Both the position numbers and the translations under genes were made by a program. 64,000 bases of DNA from Mytilus trossulus. Taxonomy: Eukaryota. This document shows positions 53,300-64,000 of the stretch, piece after piece. Below the pieces are notes generated by a model. That model was not told the DNA's origin. It made no database searches and worked only from the letters and a program-made list of their open reading frames with translations. Positions within the stretch are counted from its first letter, which is position 1; each line of letters opens with the position of its first letter. The stretch covers positions 112,592,001-112,656,000 of the forward strand of contig NC_086373.1 of NCBI RefSeq assembly GCF_036588685.1, written 5' to 3'.

Positions 53300-56200
53300 T
53301 CAAAAACGTTCGAAATCTTGTAATCTATCTGAAGGTTCCACACTTTCACACATTGTCCTGTCTTTCTTTCTCTTCATTTCTTCCAGTCTTTCTTTCAGTC
53401 TCCTTTCTTGTGCCTCTTTTTTAGCTGTCAGTCTGCAAAATTTGAATTATAAAGTTTAAGAAACATAAATTATGAAGTAAAAAGAATAGTTTTAAATGCA
53501 TGCAAATAAATTGTCTTTGTTATGTTGCATCACTTATACATCATTTATTTTGTCCTGTTATGGACAGAAATGTCAACATTCAAATATGTTTCCTTACCAC
53601 ATCATATATGAAAGATATTTATAACTGAACACAGTTCAGCAAGGATGCTTAAAACGAAATGTTTCTTTAAATTATATGATGTTTTAGTGATTTAAAACCC
53701 TGGGGGACTGTAACTTTATTGTATGCCTTGGTGCATTAAAAAACCCAGTCAAAACTACTTACATCACGAAATACAATTGTTTCGTGTTATGCTCAAAATA
53801 CTATTGATTTCTGAGACATTTTAAAATCATATTTATCCTTATTATACATTGATGTTAAAAAGAGAAAAAAACAATTTATAAACACCAATTGTTTTAAATA
53901 CAACAATGTAGATGTGTATGCTGTTAGTTGACTGATTGCAAGAATGACATTTCCTGGCTCATGTACACTTTTACTTACTGTTTGTCCATCATTAAAGCCT
54001 TCTCTAATAATTCCAGGGCTTGTTCCTCCCTCGACTTATGTGTTTCTTTCCTTCTTGCCTTTCTTTCCTCTAGCAATTCAGTTTGCCTGTATCTTTCTGT
54101 TGCTAACTTATTATCAGCAGTCGACAGATTCTGCATAATTGCATCGGTTTCCTGAAATAAAAATATGTTTATTGCGTGTTATGAATAAAAAGACATGAAA
54201 TATAACCATCAATTAAACAGAAATCCAATAAAAATCAAAATAAAACATACTCAGACCAAGACAAGGTGCATTGAATAGACAAAGACAATTACTTCGTTAT
54301 CTTCATCAATAGACCATGATCTTTATTAAAGCATGTAGTTATCTTCATGGAGAGACAAAAATCTATAGTACATGTTGAAAACTTAATGAGTAGACGGGAT
54401 ATTTGTCTTCATGCTGATATCGTCACCATGTTCACTTACCCTTCCGGAGCACCTGAGATCACCCCTAGTTTTTGGTGGGGTTCGTGTTGTTTATTCTTTA
54501 CTTGTCCATGATGTGTCATGTGTACTATTGTTTTTCTGTTTGTCTTTTTCATTTTTAGCCATAAATTACTATTTCCATCAAGGTTATATGGTCGGGTTGT
54601 TGTAGCTTTGACACTTTCCCTATTTCCTTTCTCACTTTTATATGTAACATAAATGAAATATTCGTGTTATATTTTCGTGTCTATAGTCCTTACAGCAGAA
54701 AAATGTCATAAATAGATATTTTAATTAAAGAATTTTTTTGTAGATCACGTGCGTTATCTTCTTATGATGATTGGATTACCACAAATAAACAAAAATAGAA
54801 AATGTTAATATGAACTAAATGAACAGATAAAACTTAAATCAGTTATCAAAGGAAATCACATATTTACATGCATAATATGTGAGAACCATGATCAGTTTTG
54901 TGATGAAAGCCACGCAATATCTTGATTTGAATGGTTAGGAGGAGGTATACATATGCATTAAAACTGTATGCGGCATAAACTAAAGTCTGAGCTTCTGGTA
55001 ACATGTGATAGTAGGTATTCATTCATTATTGAAAGATCGAACAGGGTCAGTAAACAAAGATTAAACGATGTATTTGTTTCTACTTTTCAAGATTTAGAAA
55101 ACAGCAACAAACGTCACACAACGTTTACAAAATTTTGGTTAGAAAAAAATTAACCCGTAGACAGGACGCTTACGGTTTAAAAGAATGTATTCCTTCTCCC
55201 AAACACCAATATAGAAAAAAAAATTACGAGCCCATGGATTCTTGATAATTTGTATAACGATTATATTATAATTTCAGTTTGACTACCACATGTGAACATA
55301 AGAATTCTTTTACGTCTTAATGATAAAGGATTTTAGTTATCCGATGTATTTTACATTTGTTCTTGATTTTTTTTTTTTTTTGGTGATATTGTACCGTTTT
55401 GACATTGGTATATATATTCACACATTTGTGTGAAAACGAGAGCTTCATGAATTGACATACACCTTTACTACATGTCGAGAACTTCATGAACATACGATAA
55501 CCTTTACCATCTATTAAACAGAAATCCAACAAAAAAAACCAAAAAACATAAACAGACCAAGAGCTGTGAATAATCCATTGAGACTTTTAGGGATTTGTCA
55601 TCGCTATTTTTGATAGTGAATATCTATTTTATCAAGGTTACATGTAACATGAACAAAGATTCAGGCGATGCTTTCGTGTCAAAAGTCCTTACAGCAGAAA
55701 AATTACATAAATATATCTTTTAATTAAAGTAGTATTTTGCAGTTCACGTTCCTTATTTCCTAATGATGATAGGATTACCACAAATAAAATATATCTAAAT
55801 CCGCACAAAAATAGAAATGATAATATGAACTAAATGAACAGATAAAACTTAAATCAGTTATCAAAGGAAATGCATAATATGTGAGAGTCATGATCAGTCA
55901 TGGGATTAAAGCCACGTTATAGCATAATATTGATGTTCTGGGGGAGGAATAAAATGCATTAAGCCTGTAAGTGTCATGTACTAAGGCTGCATTTCTTTCT
56001 AACCAAAATTTTGTAAACATTATGTTGCGTTTGTTGTTGTTTTCTACACGCTACGACAGTAGAAACAAATACAACATGTAATAAGTCTTTACTGACCCTG
56101 TTTGAACTTTCAATTAGGCATTAACATGTTGTTGGTAAACAGATTATTTACAAACATAGAAAAAATATATCGTTTAATCAAGTTCAAGTTAGAAACAAAT

Positions 56201-59200
56201 GTAGCGTTTGTACTAACAAACGATGGACAACAAACTGTAGACGCATCTTTAGCGATTGCATAGTTTGTCAAAGTTTATGTAAACTTTGCAAACGTATGTT
56301 AGAAACAATTTATCAAAACATGTGCGCGCTTAGTCAGGACGCTTACGGTTTTAAAGAATGTATTCTCCTCCTAAACACCAATATTGAAAAAAAATTACGA
56401 GCCCATGGATTCTTGATAATTTGTAAAACGATCATATTATAATTTCAGTTTGACTTCCGCATGTCAACATAAGAATTCTTTTACTTCTCACTGATAAAGG
56501 ATTTTAGTTATCCGATGTATTTTACCTTTGTTCATGATTTTTGTTTATGATATTCTACCCTTTTGGACTTGGTATAAATATTCACACAATTTTGGGAAAA
56601 CGCATGCTTTGCGGATCAATTTCGCAGGAAAATTGTTGAACCTTCCATATTGATATCCGCTTAGCAACTCAATATGGAAAATATCAGAAATAAATTACAA
56701 TTTCATATTGCTTATTACTTATTCATAACGGTTTTGTCATTAAGAATGGCTTCGAGTAAGTATCAGATATTTAACTGATTCTATTTTTACAATTCAATGT
56801 CATTTAAACAAAATGGAAATACATCTCTTAATATAGTTATTTCAATATTTTTAGAAATGTTCATTTTGTAAATAAATAAACCGTTCAAATCTTAGTAAAT
56901 CTTAGTGAACAATAGCTCATCATTATTACTAAGATAATTATAATATTATCAAAGCAAATTGGAAATTGTAGATATGCCAAGTATGTCTATGTCATATTTA
57001 GAGAACATGGGTCATGAGGATCGGCGTTTAATGCAATAACTTTATTTTATTTTCCCCCATATATTGATGATAACAGCAATGATTTCTTTTACCCCTTATA
57101 TAGATGATAAAATCAATAATTTCTTTCCCCTAGATTTCAATGATAAAAACAATGATTCCCCCCTATGTCGATGATAAAAGCGATGACTTCTTTACTCCAG
57201 ATATCAATGATAAGAGCAATGATTTCTTTTCCCCAGATATCAATGACAAGAGCAATGATTTCTGTTTCCCCAGATAGCAATGATAAGAGCAATGATTTCT
57301 TTTCCCCAGATATCAATGAAAAAAGTAATGATTTCTGTTTCCCCATATATCAATGAAAAGAGCAATGATTTCTATTCCCCAGATATCAATGAATAAGAGC
57401 AATGATTTCTTTTCCCCAGATATCAATGATAAGAGCAATGATTTCTTTTTCCCCATATATCAATGATAAGAGCAATGATTTCTTTTCCCCCACATATCAA
57501 TGATAAGAGCAATGATTTCTTTTCCCCAGATATCAATGATAAGAGCAATGATTTCTTCCCCCCCCCCAGATATCAATGATAAGAGCAATGATTTCTTTTC
57601 CCCAGATATCAATGATAAGAGCAATGATTTCTTTTCCCCAGATATCAATGATAAGAGCAATGATTTCTTTTTCCCCAGATATCAATGATAAGAGCAATGA
57701 TTTCCGTTTCCCCATATATCAATGATAAGAGGAATGATTTCTTTTCCCCCAGATATCAATGATAAGAGCAGTGATTTCTTTTCCCCAGATATCAATGATG
57801 AGAGCAATGATTTCTTTCCCCCCAGATATCAATGATAAGAGCAATGATTTCCTTTCCTCCAGATATCAATGATAAGAGCAATGATTTCTTTTCCCGCGAT
57901 ATCAATGATAAGAGCAATGATTTCTTTTTCCCCAGATATCAATGATAAGAGCAATGATTTCCTTTTCCCCATATATCAATGATAAGAGCAATGATTTCTT
58001 TTCCCCAGATATCAATGATAAGAGCAATGATTTCTTTTTCCCCATATATTGATGAAAAGAGGAATGATTTTTTTTCTATATATTGACGACGAGAAGAGCA
58101 ATGATTTCTTTTTTCTATATATCATTGATAAAAGCAATGTTTTCTTTCCCCCATATATCGATAATAAGATCAATGATTTCTGTTTCCCCATATATCAATG
58201 ATAAGAGCAATGATTTCTTTCCCCCAGATATCAATGATTAGAGCAATGATTTCTTTTCCCCCATATATTGATGAAAAGAGGAATGATTTTTTGACGACGA
58301 GAAGCGCAATGATTTCTTTTTTCTATATATCATTGATTAAAGCAATGTTTTCTTTTCCCCATATATCGATAATAAGATCAATGATTTCTGGTTTCCCATT
58401 TATTGATGATAAGAGCAATGATTTCTTTTTTTCTATATATACTAGTCAACAAAAGAAATGATACAAGACTTTTTTTCAAATTAAAGATAGAGTTTTCCGT
58501 TCGTTGGACCAATATTGAAAGTAGTAATACTTAATCATTATGGAAATATAAATCCGTTAAATTTTTTTTTTTTTTTTGCTTTTGTGACGTTTTTTCGCCT
58601 TTTTTTTTTTTTTTTACAAAATTTACATAAAACGACAATTTTAAAAACAGAAGTTCCAACTAGTGATGTCAACCTCTCATTTAAAGGTAAAGACAGTGTT
58701 TGCCATCAATTTGTTTTTAAAAATCATACAGTTTCTTCGTTTAGTTGTTAAGCAAAGTTTGGTCCTACGAGAAATCGTTAAAATGTATACATTATCAACT
58801 GATTTACCACAGACAGTATGTGTAAAGTGATATTCAAAAAGCGGTAGCAATCTTAAAACTAATCAGAAGATTCCAAATTTACTGTGTGTTGTTTTCATAT
58901 CTAAAGCATTGATTTGAGACGAAATAAACAAATTTTTTTTTTGCATTTTCTGAGATTTCAAAAAACACTTTTTTTCCTAAAAATTAGAAAAATCAATATT
59001 TCAACCCATTAGTTACACCATGAAATTAACTTGATTACCATATTGATTATTTCTAAACAAATTTGAAATTTAATTTAGTGCTTAGAAAATTATGTGTCGA
59101 TTTATTTTTCAACTTTCCGCAAAACTAATATGCACCCTTTGATCATTTACACGGAATTTAGATACTTCCGACAAGTTTTGATTTTCATTATCACATGTGC

Positions 59201-60269
59201 ATACATTGCAAATGAAAGCTTTTTGAAATAGTGTATCTCATTTTTTTTATATTAAAAACTTTTTGATAAATTTTATTTCAAAGTCGTGTATCGTTTCTTT
59301 TGTTGACTAGTATATCTTGATCCTGATGCACGTTCCTATGATATTTTTGGAAGAACTGTTGAAATGATATGTAATATAAACACATAATTTTATCTAGTCG
59401 TATAAAATGAAGTAATCGCATACTAACCGCTTGTAAAGCTTTCTTGCTCATTATAGGGCTTGGAGTAGGTAAACTTCTTGACGACTGAGAACTGATGGGT
59501 CTTTCAACAGGTGCCATGGATGGTACACTAAGTGATGAAGGACTCCTTGATTCATTAAACTGAAGCCTACTTTGTTCTTTCCTTTTCATATAGTCTTTGA
59601 CACTTGTTTTATTCTCATCCGATCGTTCGTCTATAAAGGAAATACGTGAACTATTTCTGGACGACCTACTTTTCCTTCCTTTCTCGTCTAGGTACTTGTT
59701 GACACTATTCCGTTCGTAGTCCATACGTCGCTGTTCTGTAATAAGAATAACATGTAATTAGATTAACAGGTAATAAGAATATTAGGTAAGAAAAATAACA
59801 GGTAAGAAAAATAACAGGTTAGAAAAATAACAGGTTAGAAAAATAACAGGTTAGAAAAATAACAGGTAATAAGAATAACAGCTGATGAGGAAACATTATT
59901 CAATTATCGAACATGCAAATAGAGACTTATGTATTCTCCTTTTTTTTTATTATATATATATATATATTCCTATTCCAGCAAAAACATGTGAATATGGTTT
60001 ATATAGACACGCAGGTACCCATTTTTAAATAATGCTTTCTAAAATGTAGGGTTTAACATTATTTTGATATAATCGATATAATACTTAGAATATTTGACTC
60101 TAAAGGTTTTTTACGTACCTAACATTCTAGACTCTGCCCTGAGTTGTTCGGTCTCGTCCTCAAAATCCAACATTGTTCCCCTTAGTTCCATCCGACTTTC
60201 TTCTATAGCATCAATCATGTCCTCCGTTTCTTGTTCGAACAAATCAAGAAGACTCTCCACAAATGCTTT
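53300..60269 (-). CDS. Uncharacterised charged coiled-coil protein, 3' exons 60269-60119, 59735-59428, 54151-53979, 53432-53300 (5' end not resolved)
   Basis: Four exons with canonical AG/GT join stop-free in phases 1, 0 and 2: KAFVESLLDLFEQ...ESRML-EQRRMDYE...KKALQA-ETDAIMQ...LMMDK-QLTAKKEAQERRLKERLEEMKRKK...ERF*. Confidence 0.8.
54655..56600 (+). repeat. Diverged intronic tandem duplication (about 54655-55440 and 55670-56600)
   Basis: Both copies share GTCCTTACAGCAGAAAAA, ATGAACAGATAAAACTTAAATCAG, CAGGACGCTTACGG and GAGCCCATGGATTCTTG. Confidence 0.8.
57050..58440 (+). repeat. ~36-38-bp minisatellite (GATATCAATGATAAGAGCAATGATTTCTTTTCCCCA)
   Basis: Periodic, with variable T/C homopolymer lengths. 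Confidence 0.95.
59760..59880 (+). repeat. 16-bp tandem repeat (TWAGAAAAATAACAGG) next to an acceptor site
   Basis: Direct periodicity. Confidence 0.85.
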
Positions 60270-61189
60270 CTAAAATAAAACACATAACGGTTAGCGGATG
60301 TAGTATTGATGATGTTCTTACTCCCTGGTAGTAAAAGCATATATAATACATGGGTAAAAGAAATATTGCAAATGGTCCAAACAAATAATGAGTGGGATAA
60401 TTAGTGACTCGTACATAAACTACATATAAGATAAAATGATTGTCAAAATGTATCTAATACTCATCTGATTAACAGAACAATGTTTCAGTATCTTATACAG
60501 TCAAAGAAGTATGTATACCTTTCCAGTAAGAGGATGTTTTAACGTTCTACTATTCTTGTGAATAGTTCAGGTGTTACGCAACCTATATAAAATAATTCCC
60601 TTCCTTTGCAACGTATAATTCATTAATAAGACAATGCTTCAGCTTGCATAGCTCTTTGGGTCACCGAGACACTCACGCTCCGACAATAGTTCCAGTATAT
60701 AGTTATCAAAGGTACCAGGATTATTATTTAGTACCCCAGACGCGCGTTTCGTCTACATAAGACTCATCAGTGACGCTCATATCAAAACATTTATAATGCC
60801 AAACAAGTACAAAGTTGAAGAGCATTGAGGATAAAAAAATTCCAAAGTATCTTGTACGGTAAAAAACTTAAATCAGATCTTAAGTTTTGACTGTATTTTA
60901 CCTCTTCATAAATTTGCACGGTTAAAAATTAAATAAGAATTGGAGTTTTAAATACTCAACCTTTTCTTAAACGGTAAAACAAACTTAAACTAGACTTTAC
61001 AGTTTTCGTTCAGTATCATACTATTCTTTTAGTTTTGATTGTATTACAATGACAGACTTGTTCACCTGGCCGTATTTGGCACAACTTTTTGGTATTTGAG
61101 TCTTTAATGCTATTTAACTTTATACCTGTTTGCCTTTTTAACTATTTTGATTTGAGTGCCACTGATGAGTTAAAATCATTATATATATG

Positions 61190-61410
61190 ATACAAAACAG
61201 TCATATAGAATATATAATCATAAGAAACAGTAATATAGAATATATAATCATACGAAACAGTAATATAGAATATATAATCATAAGAAACAGTAATATAGAA
61301 AATAGAGACATGTTTAAAACTCATTATATCATACGAAACAGTAATATACAATATATAATGTAATACGAAACAGTTATATAGAATATATAATGTCATATGA
61401 AACAGTAATG
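61190..61410 (+). repeat. 30-bp tandem repeat (GAAACAGTAATATAGAATATATAATCATAM)
   Basis: Direct periodicity. Confidence 0.85.
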
Positions 61411-62534
61411 TCTATAGAAGTATGGATTATGTTGACATTTTACAATGTTTTAGTAGATTAATTATTTGGTACTTTGTATATATTTGAGCTTTAGAATTAA
61501 TAATTTATAGAAAGGTTGTCCAGGATGCGTTGTCAGGATTGAATTCTGATATATTCAAGGAAGAGATGTGTTTATCATAAACCGGATCTTGATTATCGAT
61601 GTTACTGTATATGGAATAGTTAAATGTTTCGTTAATGTTACCGACATGTACTATTGAAACTATTTAGAACAGTTGACTTCGTGTACAGTTCAATATCTAC
61701 TTGAAAGAAAGCCATTATAACACAGTCCATCTATATTGATGATTTAATAATTTCCTTGCTAGGTGAAATATAATTAAATTAACAATGAATAATATGTACA
61801 TTGCAGAATCATTGCACAATTAAGTGGTGTAATGGAAATTTACAGATATGTGATCTACACCGTTTTAACAAGACATAATAAGATGCGATGCTAAAAGAGC
61901 ATTTCAAGACATTATACAATTATTGAATTTTGATGACGTTGGTAAGTCATTGGATCAACTGAATTCAAAAGTTAACAATTGTTTTATTAATATCTGTCTT
62001 TTTATCCTTTTAAAATTTGTATTTGCTCGAGATACCTTTGCCCGCGTTTAAAAACTGGTCACTGTTTTATATTATATGTGTGAATGTGCTCTGTAGTTGC
62101 TTATTATCATGAGTTTAGAAATTCCACAAATTAAGTAAACTAAAAAAAACCCAAATACACCTTAAAAAACAAAACAATCAAAAGCAGAGAAACATACACC
62201 GGGAAAAAAAGAATAAGAAATAACCTCTAGGAATTTACTTAACGTCGTGAACATTGCCTTAGAATATCTATATTAAGGTACACGGACGCTGTTCAAAATC
62301 TATTTAAGATACTAGAAGGTGTAAGCTGCTATGTTTAGGCTCTATGGTATTGGTTAATGCGACCATGATGAAGATTTTCAGAGAAGTACTGTTTCGTGAT
62401 CACTGATATTGGTAATCACAAAACGGTACGACTTGTGAATGTGTTTTCTTCTCTTTTTTGTTTTTTTTTTGTTAATGTGTTGTGTTTAAAGATTTTGGTT
62501 TGATGTTGCGTTTGGTAGTGGTGTTTCAATGAAG

Positions 62535-63080
62535 GTATAGTAGTGTTGCAATGTAGATAAAGTGATGATACAATGTAGATATAGTGGTGATACAATGTAG
62601 ATATAGTGGTGATACAATTTTGATATAGTGGTGATACAATGTAGATATAGTGGTGATACAATGTAGATATAGTGGTGATACAATGTAGATATAGTGGTGA
62701 TACAATGTAGATGAAGTGGTAATCAAATGCAGATATAGTGGTGATACAATATAGATATAGTGGTGATACAATGTAGATAAAGTGATGATAGTATGTAGAT
62801 ATAGTGGTGATATAGTGTAGATATAGTGGTGATACAATGTAGATATAGTGGTGATACAATACAGATAAAGTGGTAATCAAATGCAGATATAGTGGTGATA
62901 CAATGTAGATATAGTGGTGATATAATGTAGATATAGTGGTGATATAATGTAGATATAGTGATGATACAATGTAGATAGAGTGATGATACAATGTAGATAT
63001 ATACAAAGTGGTGATGTAATGTAGATAAGAGTGGTGATACAATTTAGATATAGTGGTGATACAATGTAGATAAAGTGATA
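62535..63080 (+). repeat. 22-bp minisatellite (GATATAGTGGTGATACAATGTA)
   Basis: Direct periodicity, about 25 copies. Confidence 0.95.
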
Positions 63081-63659
63081 GAAATAATTGTTTGTGCGAT
63101 CTTAACTTCAATAAAGAAGTAATTTTAACCGTCCTAAATAATCTATTTTGGACAAAAAGAGATAAATTTGCATTCTACGTCATCAATAATTTTCTGAAAC
63201 AATTTTTGGTTCTAATCAATCTCCAATTTTCGTATCGAAATAGGTTTCCGTGTCATTTGGAAATAATGTTAATTACATGTTCAAAGGCCAGGGTTCCAAC
63301 CATCTGTCATAATACACGAAAAAGAGAAAACAAGTGCCAATTTAAAGAATGGTTAGATACAATTACAAAATCAATGTAGTCTTTGTAATGCTAGGGATCA
63401 CTTTTAAGTAATATCGACCACTACTTTATTTTACTTTCAACTTAATACCAAATAACAGCTCACTATTCGATAAAAAGGTGTGTTTACAAATTTAAATTGT
63501 AGTTAGTAAGAATTTGCATCGATATTGGTTAAACCTGGGAACATTTAAAACTTAACAGCATCAATATTCCTGAGGAAAAAGACAATGACGATCAATAATA
63601 ATCCAGGACTTTATTTAGAGGTGGCAAAGGGTATCACAGACTTCAGATGTTCATTCTCT

Positions 63660-63840
63660 AGTTTGTGTCCCATGACCTTCACAACTTGTTATAAATAGTC
63701 GATCATACTCTGTTTTGTGTCCCATGACCTTCAAAACTTGTTAGAAATAGCCAAACAATGATATGGGTTGAGTCCAATGGCCTTCAAAGGTTGTTAGAAA
63801 TAGTCAAACAAGGGTTTGTCTCCCATGACCTTCGAAGGTT
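63660..63840 (+). repeat. Degenerate ~50-55-bp tandem repeat (GTCCCATGACCTTC...GTTAGAAATAG), about 4 copies
   Basis: CCCATGACCTTC recurs. Confidence 0.65.
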
Positions 63841-64000
63841 GAAAATGTAAATGAACTTCTCTGGCAAGTCGTCCACTTGAATTACATCCATAAACTTTTT
63901 TGGTATACTCTACTGAAATATTTGTTTTGTGTTTCTTAACACTTTATAGTCACATATCTCTTACATATCTACCAGTTTAGATTTTGTGAATTGTTGTAAA

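Overview
This is AT-rich eukaryotic, intron-containing DNA. TTAGGG telomeric repeats, GT-AG introns and the repeat families suggest a bivalve, probably Mytilus-like (inference). Two spliced genes can be built by hand. One is a plus-strand secreted Reeler-domain gene, probably GPI-anchored (42089-48658, 219 aa). The other is the 3' part of a convergent, uncharacterised coiled-coil gene on the minus strand (53300-60269). The rest is decayed LINEs, SINEs, non-autonomous DNA transposons with verifiable target-site duplications, a local tandem duplication and many minisatellites. The very long ORFs in the track come from tandem arrays, not conventional genes. The main signal is that three large arrays each arose by amplifying one short segment bounded by microhomology. 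A 39-bp unit (x78) has its single-copy ancestor 2.8 kb upstream. A 48-bp unit (x148) is 16 codons of a LINE reverse transcriptase. A 33-bp unit (x50) straddles an exon/intron boundary of the Reeler gene and creates about 49 in-phase, stop-free candidate 5' splice donors. A telomeric tract with a 7-bp target duplication also sits inside a satellite.
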